The notes under the pieces were generated by a model. That model was given only the letters and a program-made list of their open reading frames with translations. It did no database searches and was not told where the DNA came from. Made by a program: the position numbers and the translations under genes. DNA of 64,000 nucleotides from Nitrospirales bacterium (lineage in GTDB: Bacteria; Nitrospirota; Nitrospiria; Nitrospirales; UBA8639): positions 1,184,001-1,248,000 of the forward strand of contig CBDBCZ010000015.1 of NCBI GenBank assembly GCA_965203295.1, read 5' to 3'. Shown piece after piece: positions 52,101 through 64,000 of the stretch; the first letter of the stretch is position 1; every line of letters begins with the position of its first letter.

Positions 52101-55100
52101 TATCGATGTTCAAGAAAGGAACTGGTTATTCAAAGGCTTGTTTAGTTTGCTTGATGTTAGTCTGCAGATTAGGAAAGAAGTATTTTATAGAAAATCGTTA
52201 GTTTTGTTGGTCTCTAGCAAAGACTTTGAGCCAAAGTAACTAGCTACCATTGATCTGACCCTTCACAACTGTTTAGGAAAAGAACCTGTTATTCAAAGGC
52301 TTGATTAGTTTTAATGATGTTAGTCGGATACAATACATGTTTAGGAAGTGTCGATGTTCAAGAAAGGAACTGGTTATTCAAAGGCTTGTTTAGTTTGGTT
52401 GATGTTAGTCTTATGATTAGGAAAGAAGAATTTTATTGAAAATTGTTAGTTTTGTTGGTCTCAGGCAAAGACTTTCAGCAAAAGTAACTAACTAGCATTG
52501 ATCTGACCATTCCTAACTGTTTAGGAAAAGAACTGGTTATTCAAAGGCTTGTTTAGTTTGAATTATGTTAGTCTGAAGATTAGGAAAGAAGGATTTTATT
52601 GAAAATTGTTAGTTTTGTTGGTCTCTAGGAAAGACTAAGCCAAAGTAACTAGCTACCATATATCTGACCCTTCCCAACTGTTTAGAAAAAGAACTGGTTA
52701 TTCAAAGGCCTGTTTAGTTTTGTTGATGTTAGCCTGAAGATTCGGAAAGAAGGATTTTATTGAAAATTGTTAGTTTTGTTGGTCTCTTGCAATGACTTTA
52801 ATTAAGCCAAAGTTACTAGCTACCATTGATCTGACCTTTCCGAACTATTTAGAAAAAGTGCTGGTTTTTCAAAGGCTTGTTTTGTTTGAATGATATTAGT
52901 CAGATACAATACATGCTTAGGAAGTATCAATGTTCAAGAAAGGAACTAGTTATTCAAAGGCTTGTTTAGTTTTGTTGATGTTAGTCTGAAGATTAGGAAA
53001 GGAGGATTGTATTGAAAATTGTTAGTTTTGTTGGTCTCTAGCAAAGACTTTAAGCCAAAGTAACTTGCTACCATTTATCTGACCTTTCCCAACTGTTTAG
53101 AAAAAGAGCTGGTTATTCAAAGGCTTGTTTAGTTTGAATGATATTAGTCAGATACAATACATGCTTAGGAAGTATCAATATTCAAGAAAGGAACTGGTTA
53201 TTCAAAGGCTTGTTTAGTTTGGTTGATGTTAGTCTGAAGATTAGGAAAGAAGGATTTTATTGAAAATTGTTAGTTTTGTTGGTCTCAGGCAAATACTTTA
53301 AGCCAAAGTAACTTGCTACCATTTATCTGACCCTTCCCAACTGTTTAGAAAAAGAGCTGGTTATTCAAAGGCTTGTTTTGTTTGAATGATGTTAGTCTGA
53401 AGATTAGGAAAGAAAGATTTTATTGAAAATTGTTAGTTTTGTTGGTTTCTAGCAAAGACTTTAAGCCAAAGCAACTAGCTACCATTTATCTGACCTTTCC
53501 CAACTGTTTAGAAAAAGAACTAGTTATTCAAAGGGCTGTTTTGTTTTGTTGATATTTGCCTGAAGATTAGGAAAGAAGGATTTTATTGAAAATTCTTAGT
53601 TATGTTGGTCTCTAGCAAAGACTTTAAGCCAAGGGAACTAGGTACCATTTATCTGACCCTTCCCAACTGTTTAGAAAAAGAACTGGTTATTCAAAGGCCT
53701 GTTTAGTTTTGTTGATGTTAGCCTGAAGATTAGGAAAGAAGGATTTTATTAAAAATTGTTAGTTTTGTTGGTCTCTTGCAATGACTTTAATTAAGCCAAA
53801 GTTACTAGCTACCATTGATCTGACTCTTCCGAACTATTTAGAAAAAGTGCTGGTTATTCAAAGGCTTGTTTTGTTTGAATGATATTAGTCAGATACAATA
53901 CATGCTTATGAAGTATTAATGTTCAAGAAAGGAGCTGGTTATTCAAAGGCTTGTTTAGTTTGGTTGATGTTAGTCTGAATATTAGGAAAGAAGGATTTTA
54001 TTGAAAATTGTTAGTTTTGTCGTCTCAGGCAAAGACTTTCAGCCAAGGTAACTGGCTACCATTGATCTGACCTTGCCTAACTGTTTAGGAAAAGAACCTG
54101 TTATTCAAAGGCTTGTTTAGTTTAAATGATGTTAGTCAAATACAGTAATCCTTAAGAAGTATCGATGTTCAAGAAAGGAACTGGTTATTCAAAGGCTTGT
54201 TTAGTTTGCTTGATGTTAGTCTACAGATTAGGAAAGAAGTATTTTATAGAAAATCGTTAGTTTTGTTGGTCTCTAGCAAAGACTTAACTACCATTGATCT
54301 GACCCTTCCCAACTGTTTAGGAAAAGAACTGGCTATTCAAAGGCTTGTTTAGTTTAAATGATGATACAATACATGCTTAGGAAGTATCGATGTTCAAGAA
54401 AGGAACTGGTTATTCAAAGGCTTGTTTAGTTTTGTTGATGTTAGTCTGAAGATTAGGAAAGAAGGATTTTATTTAAAATTGTTAATTTTGTTGGTCTCAG
54501 GCAAAGACTTTCAGCCAAAGTAACTGGCTACCATTGATCTGACCCTTCCGAACTGTTTAGGAAAAGAACCTGTTATTCAAAGGCTTGTTTAGTTTGAATG
54601 ATGTTAGTCAAATGCAATACATGCTTAGGAAGTATCGATGTTCAAGAAAGGAACTGGTTATTCAAAAGCTTGTTTAGTTTTGTTGATGTTAGTCTGCAGA
54701 TTAGGAAAGAAGGATTTTATTGAAAATTGTTAGGTTTGTTGGTCTCTAGCAGAGACTTTGAGCCAAAGCAACTAGCTACCATTGATCAGACCCTTCCAAA
54801 CTGTTTAGAAAAAGAACTGGTTATTCAAAGGCCTGTTTAGATTTGTTGATTTTAGCCTTAAGATTAGGAAAGAAGGATTTTATTGAAAATTGTTAGTTTT
54901 GTTGGTCTCTAGCAAAGACTTTAAGCCAAGTCACTAGCTACCATTTATCTGACCCTTCCCAACTGTTTAGAAAAAGAGCTGGTTATTCAAAGGCTAGTTT
55001 AGTTTGAATGATGTTAGTCAAATACAATAATCCTTAGGAAGTATCGATGTTCAAGAAAGGAACTGGTTATTCAAAGGCTTGTTTAGTTTTCTTGATGTAT

Positions 55101-58100
55101 GTCTGCAGATTAGAAAAGAAGTATTTTATAGAAAATCGTTCGTTTTGTTGGTCTCTAGCAAAGACTTTGAGCCAAAGTAACTAGCTACCATTGATCTGAC
55201 CCTTCCCAACTTTTTAGGAAAAGAACTGGTTATTTAAATGCTTGTTTAGTTTAAATGATGTTAGTCGCATACAATACATGCTTAGGAAGTATCGATGTTC
55301 AAGAAAGTAACTGGTTATTCAAATGCTTATTAAGTTTGCTTGATGTTAGTCTGCAGATTAGGAAAGAAGTATTTTATAGAAAATCGTTAGTTTTGTTGGT
55401 CTCTAGCAAAAACTTTGAGCCAAAGTAACTAGCTACCATTGATCTGACCCTTCCCAACTTTTTAGGGAAAGAAGTGGTTATTCAAAGGCTTGATTAGTTT
55501 GGTTGATGTTAGTCTGAAGATTAGGAAAAAAGGATTTTATTTAAAATTGTTAGTTTTGTTGATCTCAGGCAAAGACTTTCAGCCAAAGTAACTAGCTACC
55601 ATTGATCTGACCCTTCCCAACTGTTTAGGAAAAGAACCTGTTATTCAAAGGCTTGTTTAGTTTGAATGATGTTAGTCAGATACAATACATGCTTAGGAAG
55701 TATCGTTGTTCAAGAAAGGAACAGGTTATTCAAAGGCTAGTTTAGTTTGAATGGTGTTAGTCAAATACAATACATCCTTAGGAAGTATCGATGTTCAAGA
55801 AAGGAACTGGTTATTCAAAGGCTTGTTTAATTTTTTTGATGTTAGTCTGCAGATTAGGAAAGAAGTATTTTATAGAAAATCGTTAGTTTTGTTGGTCTCT
55901 AGCAAAGACTTTGAGCCAAAGTAACTAGCTACCATTGATCTGACCCTACCCTACTGTATAGGAAAAGAACTGGTTATTCAAAGGCTTGATTAGTTTTAAT
56001 GATGTTAGTCGGATACAATACGTGTTTAGGAAGTGTCGATGTTCAAGAATGGAACTGGTTATTCAAAGGCTTGTTTAGTTTGGTTGATGTTAGTCTGAAG
56101 ATTAGGAAAGAAGGATTTTATTAAAAATTGTTAGTTTCTTTGGTCTCTAGCAAAGACTTTAAGCCAAAGTAACTAGGTACAATTTATCAGACCCTTCCGA
56201 ACTGTTTAGAAAAAGAACTGGTTATTCAAAGGCCTGTTTAGTTTCGTTGATGTTAGCCTGAAGATTAGGAAAGAAGGATTTTATTGAAAATTGTTAGTTT
56301 TGTTGGTCTCTAGCAAAGACTTTAAGCCAAAGTCACTAGCTACTATTGATCTGACCCTTCCCAACCGTTTAGAAAAAGAGCTTATTATTCAAAGGCTAGT
56401 TTAGTTTGAATGATGTTAGTCAAATACAATAATCCTTAGGAAGTATCTATGTTCAAGAAAGGAACTGGTTATTCAAAGGCTTGTTTAGTTTGCTTGATGT
56501 TAGTCTGCAGATTAGGAAAGAAGTATTTTATAGAAAATTGTTAGTTTTTTTGGTGTCTAGCAAAGACTTTGAGCCAAAGTAACAAGCTACCATTGATCTG
56601 ACCCTTCCCAACTGTTTAGGAAAAGAAGTGGTTATTCAAAAGCTTATTTAGTTTGAATGATGTTAGTCATATACAATACACGCTTAGGAAGCATCGATGT
56701 TCAAGAAAGGAACTTGTTATTCAAAGGCTTGTTTAGTTTGGTTGATGTTAGTCTGAAGATTAGGAAAGAAGGATTTTATTTAAAATTGTTAGTTTTGTTG
56801 ATCTCAGGCAAAGACTTTCAGCCAAAGTAACTAGCTACCATTGATCTGACCCTTCCCAACTGTTTAGGAAAAGAACCTGTTATTCAAAGGCTTGTTTAGT
56901 TTGAATTATGTTAGTCAGATACAATACATGCTTAGGAAGTATCGTTGTTCAAGAAAGGAACAGGTTATTCAAAGGCTAGTTTAGTTTGAATGGTGTTAGT
57001 CAAATACAATACATCTTAGGAAGTATCGATGTTCCAGAAAGGAACTGGTTATTCAAACGCTTGTTTAATTTTGTTGATGTTAGTCTGCAGATTAGGAAAG
57101 AAGTATTTTATAGAAAATCGTTAGTTTTGTTGGTCTCTAGCAAAGACTTTGAGCCAAAGTAACTAGCTACCATTGATCTGACCCTACCCTACTGTTTGGG
57201 AAAAGAACTGGTTATTCAAAGGCTTGATTAGTTTTAATGATGTTAGTCGGATACAATACGTGTTTAGGAAGTGTCGATGTTCAAGAATGGAACTGGTTAT
57301 TCAAAGGCTTGTTTAGTTTGGTTGATGTTAGTCTGAAGATTAGGAAAGAAGGATTTTATTGAAAATTGTTAGTTTGGTTGGTCTCTAGCAAAGACTTTAA
57401 GCCAAAGTAACTAGCTACCATTTATCTGACCCTTCCCAACTGTTTAGAAAAAGAACTGGTTATTCAAAGGCTTGTTTAGTTTTAATGATGTTAGTCTAAA
57501 GATTAGGAAAGAAGGATTTTATTGAAAATTGTTAGTTTTGTTGGTCTCTAGCAAAGACTTTAAGCCAAAGTAACTAGCTACCATTTTTCTGACCCTTCCT
57601 AACTGTTTAGAAAAGAACTGGTTATTCAAAGGCCTGTTTAGTTTTGTTGATGTTAGCCTGAAGATTAGGAAAGAAGGATTTTATTGAAAATTGTTAGTTT
57701 TGTTGGTCTCTAGCAAAGACTTTAAGCCAAAGTTACTAGCTACCATTAATCTGACCCTACCAAACTATTTAGAAAATGAGCTGGTTGTTCAAAAGCTTGT
57801 TTTGTTTGAATGATATTAGTCAGATACAATACATGCTTAGGAAGTATCAATGTTCAAGAAAGGAACTGGTTATTCAAAGGCTTGTTTAATTTGGTTGATG
57901 TTAGTCTGAAGATTAGGAAAGAAGGATTTTATTTAAAATTGTTAGTTTTTTTGTCTCTAGCAAAAACTTTAAGCCAAAGTAACTTGCTACCATTTATCTG
58001 ACCCTTCCCAACTGTTTAGAAAAAGAGCTGGTTATTCAAAGGCCTTTTTAGTTTTGTTGATGTTAGCCTGAAGATTAGGAAAGAAGGATTTTATTGAAAA

Positions 58101-61100
58101 TTGTTAGTTTCGTTGGTCTCAGGCAAAGACTTTCAGCCAAAGTAACTGGCTACCATTGATCTGACCCTTCCCAACTGTTTAGGAAAAGAACTGGTTATTG
58201 AAAGGCTTGTTTAGTTTGAATGATGTTAGTCAGATACAATACTTGCTTAGGAAGTATCGATTTTCAAGAAAGGAACTGGTTATTCAAAGGCTTGTTTAGT
58301 TTGGTTGATGTTAGTCTGCAGATTAGGAAAGAAGTATTTTATAGAAAATCGTTAGTTTTGTTGGTCTCTAGCAAAGACTTTGAGCCAAAGTAACTAGCTA
58401 CCATTGATCTGACCCTACCCTACTGTTTGGGAAAAGAACTGGTTATTCAAAGGCTTGATTAGTTTTAATGATGTTAGTCGGATACAATACGTGTTTAGGA
58501 AGTGTCGATGTTCAAGAATGGAACTGGTTATTCAAAGGCTTGTTTAGTTTGGTTGATGTTAGTCTGAAGATTAGGAAAGAAGGATTTTATTGAAAATTGT
58601 TACTTTTGTTGGTCTCTAGCAAAGACTTTAAGCCAAAGTAACTAGCTACTATTTATCTGACCCTTCCCAACTGTTTAGAAAAAGAACTGGTTATTCAAAG
58701 GCTTGTTTAGTTTTAATGATGTTAGTCTTAAGATTAGGAAAGAAGGATTTTATTGAAAATTGTTAGTTTTGTTGGTCTCTAGCAAAGACTTTAAGCCAAA
58801 GTAACTAGCTACCGTTTTTTGACCCTTCCTAACTGTTTAGAAAAGAACTGGTTATTTAAAGGCCTGTTTAGTTTTGTTGATGTTAGCCTGAAGATTAGGA
58901 AAGAAGGATTTTATTGAAAATTGTTAGTTTTGTTGGTCTCTAGCAAAGACTTTAAGCCAAAGTTACTAGCTACCATTAATCTGACCCTACCAAACTATTT
59001 AGAAAATGAGCTGGTTATTCAAAAGCTTGTTTTGTTTGAATGATATTAGTCAGATACAATACATGCTTAGGAAGTATCAATGTTCAAGAAAGGAACTGGT
59101 TATTCAAAGGCTTGTTTAATTTGGTTGATGTTAGTCTGAAGATTAGGAAAGAAGGATTTTATTTAAAATTGTTAGTTTTTTTGTCTCTAGCAAAAACTTT
59201 AAGCCAAAGTAACTTGCTACCATTTATCTGACCCTTCCCAACTTTTTAGGAAAAGAACTGGTTATTTAAAGGCTTGTTTAGTTTAAATGATGTTAGTCGC
59301 ATACAATACATGCTTAGGAAGTATCGATGTTCAAGAAAGGAACTGGTTATTCAAATGCTTATTAAGTTTGCTTGATGTTAGTCTGCAGATTAGGAAAGAA
59401 GTATTTTATAGAAAATCGTTAGTTTTGTTGGTCTCTAGCAAAAACTTTGAGCCAAAGTAACTAGCTACCATTGATCCGACCCTTCCCAACTTTTTAGGGA
59501 AAGAAGTGGTTATTCAAAGGCTTGATTAGTTTGGTTGATGTTAGTCTGAAGATTAGGAAAGAAGGATTTTATTTAAAATTGTTAGTTTTGTTGATCTCAG
59601 GCAAAGACTTTCAGCCAAAGTAACTAGCTACCATTGATCTGACCCTTCCCAACTGTTTAGGAAAATAACCTGTTATTCAAAGGCTTGTTTAGTTTGAATG
59701 ATGTTAGTCAGATACAATACATGCTTAGGAAGTATCGTTGTTCAAGAAAGGAACAGGTTATTCAAAGGCTAGTTTAGTTTGAATGGTGTTAGTCAAATAC
59801 AATACATCCTTAGGAAGTATCAATGTTCAAGAAAGGAACTGGTTATTCAAAGGCTTGTTTAATTTTTTTGATGTTAGTCTGCAGATTAGGAAAGAAGTAT
59901 TTTATAGAAAATCGTTAGTTTTGTTGGTCTCTAGCAAAGACTTTGAGCCAAAGTAACTAGCTACCATTGATCTGACCCTACCCTACTGTATAGGAAAAGA
60001 ACTGGTTATTCAAAGGCTTGATTAGTTTTAATGATGTTAGTCGGATACAATACGTGTTTAGGAAGTGTCGATGTTCAAGAATGGAACTGGTTATTCAAAG
60101 GCTTGTTTAGTTTGGTTGATGTTAGTCTGAAGATTAGGAAAGAAGGATTTTATTAAAAATTGTTAGTTTATTTGGTCTCTAGCAAAGACTTTAAGCCAAA
60201 GTAACTAGGTACCATTTATCAGACCCTTCCGAACTGTTTAGAAAAAGAACTGGTTATTCAAAGGCCTGTTTAGTTTCGTTGATGTTAGCCTGAAGATTAG
60301 GAAAGAAGGATTTTATTGAAAATTGTTAGTTTTGTTGGTCTCTAGCAAAGACTTTAAGCCAAAGTCACTAGCTACTATTGATCTGACCCTTCCCAACCGT
60401 TTAGAAAAAGAGCTTATTATTCAAAGGCTAGTTTAGTTTGAATGATGTTAGTCAAATACAATAATCCTTAGGAAGTATCTATGTTCAAGAAAGGAACTGG
60501 TTATTCAAAGGCTTGTTTAGTTTGCTTGATGTTAGTCTGCAGATTAGGAAAGAAGTATTTTATAGAAAATTGTTAGTTTTTTTGGTGTCTAGCAAAGACT
60601 TTGAGCCAAAGTAACAAGCTACCATTGATCTGACCCTTCCCAACTGTTTAGGAAAAGAAGTGGTTATTCAAAAGCTTATTTAGTTTGAATGATGTTAGTC
60701 ATATACAATACACGCTTAGGAAGCATCGATGTTCAAGAAAGGAACTTGTTATTCAAAGGCTTGTTTAGTTTGGTTGATGTTAGTCTGAAGATTAGGAAAG
60801 AAGGATTTTATTTAAAATTGTTAGTTTTGTTGATCTCAGGCAAAGACTTTCAGCCAAAGTAACTAGCTACCATTGATCTGACCCTTCCCAACTGTTTAGG
60901 AAAAGAACCTGTTATTCAAAGGCTTGTTTAGTTTGAATTATGTTAGTCAGATACAATACATGCTTAGGAAGTATCGTTGTTCAAGAAAGGAACAGGTTAT
61001 TCAAAGGCTAGTTTAGTTTGAATGGTGTTAGTCAAATACAATACATCTTAGGAAGTATCGATGTTCCAGAAAGGAACTGGTTATTCAAACGCTTGTTTAA

Positions 61101-64000
61101 TTTTGTTGATGTTAGTCTGCAGATTAGGAAAGAAGTATTTTATAGAAAATCGTTAGTTTTGTTGGTCTCTAGCAAAGACTTTGAGCCAAAGTAACTAGCT
61201 ACCATTGATCTGACCCTACCCTACTGTTTGGGAAAAGAACTGGTTATTCAAAGGCTTGATTAGTTTTAATGATGTTAGTCGGATACAATACGTGTTTAGG
61301 AAGTGTCGATGTTCAAGAATGGAACTGGTTATTCAAAGGCTTGTTTAGTTTGGTTGATGTTAGTCTGAAGATTAGGAAAGAAGGATTTTATTGAAAATTG
61401 TTAGTTTTGTTGGTCTCTAGCAAAGACTTTAAGCCAAAGTAACTAGCTACCATTTATCTGACCCTTCCCAACTGTTTAGAAAAAGAACTGGTTATTCAAA
61501 GGCTTGTTTAGTTTTATTGATGTTAGTCTAAAGATTAGGAAAGAAGGATTTTATTGAAAATTGTTAGTTTTGTTGGTCTCTAGCAAAGACTTTAAGCCAA
61601 AGTAACTAGCTACCATTTTTCTGACCCTTCCTAACTGTTTAGAAAAGAACTGGTTATTCAAAGGCCTGTTTAGTTTTGTTGATGTTAGCCTGAAGATTAG
61701 GAAAGAAGGATTTTATTGAAAATTGTTAGTTTTGTTGGTCTCTAGCAAAGACTTTAAGCCAAAGTTACTAGCTACCATTAATCTGACCCTACCAAACTAT
61801 TTAGAAAATGAGCTGGTTGTTCAAAAGCTTGTTTTGTTTGAATGATATTAGACAGATACAATACATGCTTAGAAAGTATCAATGTTCAAGAAAGGAACTG
61901 GTTATTCAAAGGCTTGTTTAATTTGGTTGATGTTAGTCTGAAGATTAGGAAAGAAGGATTTTATTTAAAATTGTTAGTTTTTTTGTCTCTAGCAAAAACT
62001 TTAAGCCAAAGTAACTTGCTACCATTTATCTGACCCTTCCCAACTGTTTAGAAAAAGAGCTGGTTATTCAAAGGCCTTTTTAGTTTTGTTGATGTTAGCC
62101 TGAAGATTAGGAAAGAAGGATTTTATTGAAAATTGTTAGTTTCGTTGGTCTCAGGCAAAGACTTTCAGCCAAAGTAACTGGCTACCATTGATCTGACCCT
62201 TCCCAACTGTTTAGGAAAAGAACTGGTTATTGAAAGGCTTGTTTAGTTTGAATGATGTTAGTCAGATACAATACTTGCTTAGGAAGTATCGATTTTCAAG
62301 AAAGGAACTGGTTATTCAAAGGCTTGTTTAGTTTGGTTGATGTTAGTCTGCAGATTAGGAAAGAAGTATTTTATAGAAAATCGTTAGTTTTGTTGGTCTC
62401 TAGCAAAGACTTTGAGCCAAAGTAACTAGCTACCATTGATCTGACCCTACCCTACTGTTTGGGAAAAGAACTGGTTATTCAAAGGCTTGATTAGTTTTAA
62501 TGATGTTAGTCGGATACAATACGTGTTTAGGAAGTGTCGATGTTCAAGAATGGAACTGGTTATTCAAAGGCTTGTTTAGTTTGGTTGATGTTAGTCTGAA
62601 GATTAGGAAAGAAGGATTTTATTGAAAATTGTTACTTTTGTTGGTCTCTAGCAAAGACTTTAAGCCAAAGTAACTAGCTACCATTTATCTGACCCTTCCC
62701 AACTGTTTAGAAAAAGAACTGGTTATTCAAAGGCTTGTTTAGTTTTAATGATGTTAGTCTTAAGATTAGGAAAGAAGGATTTTATTGAAAATTGTTAGTT
62801 TTGTTGGTCTCTAGCAAAGACTTTAAGCCAAAGTAACTAGCTACCGTTTTTTGACCCTTCCTAACTGTTTAGAAAAGAACTGGTTATTTAAAGGCCTGTT
62901 TAGTTTTGTTGATGTTAGCCTGAAGATTAGGAAAGAAGGATTTTATTGAAAATTGTTAGTTTTGTTGGTCTCTAGCAAAGACTTTAAGCCAAAGTTACTA
63001 GCTACCATTAATCTGACCCTACCAAACTATTTAGAAAATGAGCTGGTTATTCAAAAGCTTGTTTTGTTTGAATGATATTAGTCAGATACAGTACATGCTT
63101 AGGAAGTATCAATGTTCAAGAAAGGAACTGGTTATTCAAAGGCTTGTTTAATTTGGTTGATGTTAGTCTGAAGATTAGGAAAGAAGGATTTTATTTAAAA
63201 TTGTTAGTTTTTTTGTTTCTAGCAAAAACTTTAAGCCAAAGTAACTTGCTACCATTTATCTGACCCTTCCCAACTGTTTAGAAAAAGAGCTGGTTATTCA
63301 AAGGCCTTTTTAGTTTTGTTGATGTTAGCCTGAAGATTAGGAAAGAAGGATTTTATTGAAAATTGTTAGTTTCGTTGGTCTCAGGCAAAGACTTTCAGCC
63401 AAAGTAACTGGCTACCATTGATCTGACCCTTCCCAACTGTTTAGGAAAAGAACTGGTTATTGAAAGGCTTGTTTAGTTTGAATGATGTTAGTCAGATACA
63501 ATACTTGCTTAGGAAGTATCGATTTTCAAGAAAGGAACTGGTTATTCAAAGGCTTGTTTAGTTTGGTTGATGTTAGTCTGCAGATTAGGAAAGAAGTATT
63601 TTATAGGAAATCGTTAGTTTTGTTGGTCTCTAGCAAAGACTTTGAGCCAAAGTAACTAGCTACCATTGATCTGACCCTACCCTACTGTTTGGGAAAAGAA
63701 CTGGTTATTCAAAGGCTTGATTAGTTTTAATGATGTTAGTCGGATACAATACGTGTTTAGGAAGTGTCGATGTTCAAGAATGGAACTGGTTATTCAAAGG
63801 CTTGTTTAGTTTGGTTGATGTTAGTCTGAAGATTAGGAAAGAAGGATTTTATTGAAAATTGTTACTTTTGTTGGTCTCTAGCAAAGACTTTAAGCCAAAG
63901 TAACTAGCTACCATTTATCTGACCCTTCCCAACTGTTTAGAAAAAGAACTGGTTATTCAAAGGCTTGTTTAGTTTTAATGATGTTAGTCTTAAGATTAGG
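7112..64000. repeat. Large satellite DNA array of mixed 85-bp (S) and 163-bp (L) monomers with higher-order repeats; runs off the window end
   Basis: The TATTCAAAGG anchor falls at 7133, 7218, 7380, 7543, 7706, 7791 and 7953 (spacings 85, 162, 163, 163, 85, 162). Shared head GAACTGGTTATTCAAAGGCTTGTTTAGTTTG(AA/GT)TGATGTTAGTC; S body AGATACAATACATGCTTAGGAAGTATCGATGTTCAAGAAAG; L body TGAAGATTAGGAAAGAAGG...TAGCTACCATTGATCTGACCCTTCCCAACTGTTTAGGAAAA. One orientation throughout. Confidence 0.99.

Noticed and set aside
12598..63263. Repeated 63-83 aa ORFs (e.g. MILVRFNTCLGSINVQERNWLFKGLF...)
   Set aside because: Chance open frames across S+L monomers. Most copies carry stops and frameshifting indels; they are useful only as duplication markers.
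7112..64000. CRISPR-like appearance (constant ~44-bp head separated by other sequence)
   Set aside because: The intervening segments fall into only two or three recurring classes rather than unique spacers, L bodies are ~119 bp, there are no cas genes and the context is eukaryotic.

Overview
Eukaryotic (animal-like; a sponge-type genome is only a guess from composition) non-genic window with no intact protein-coding gene. Bases 1-7113 are a patchwork of transposon debris: a broken non-LTR reverse-transcriptase pseudogene interrupted by a 444-bp hairpin-ended insert, a possible decayed Penelope-like fragment, three copies of a hairpin-terminated repeat family, a long (TG)n microsatellite, a tRNA-derived SINE and one plausible orphan exon. 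From 7112 to the window end (about 57 kb) there is an uninterrupted, single-orientation AT-rich satellite. It is built from two monomer types, 85 bp (S) and 163 bp (L), that share a ~44-bp head and occur in variable order, with nested higher-order duplications of 248 bp, ~1.2 kb, ~1.65-1.9 kb, ~2.4-2.5 kb, 4032 bp and ~12-14 kb. The array begins exactly at the broken end of a hairpin element whose 99 bp are a perfect inverted copy of 5766-5864. All coordinates and spacings were counted by eye; no database searches were run.
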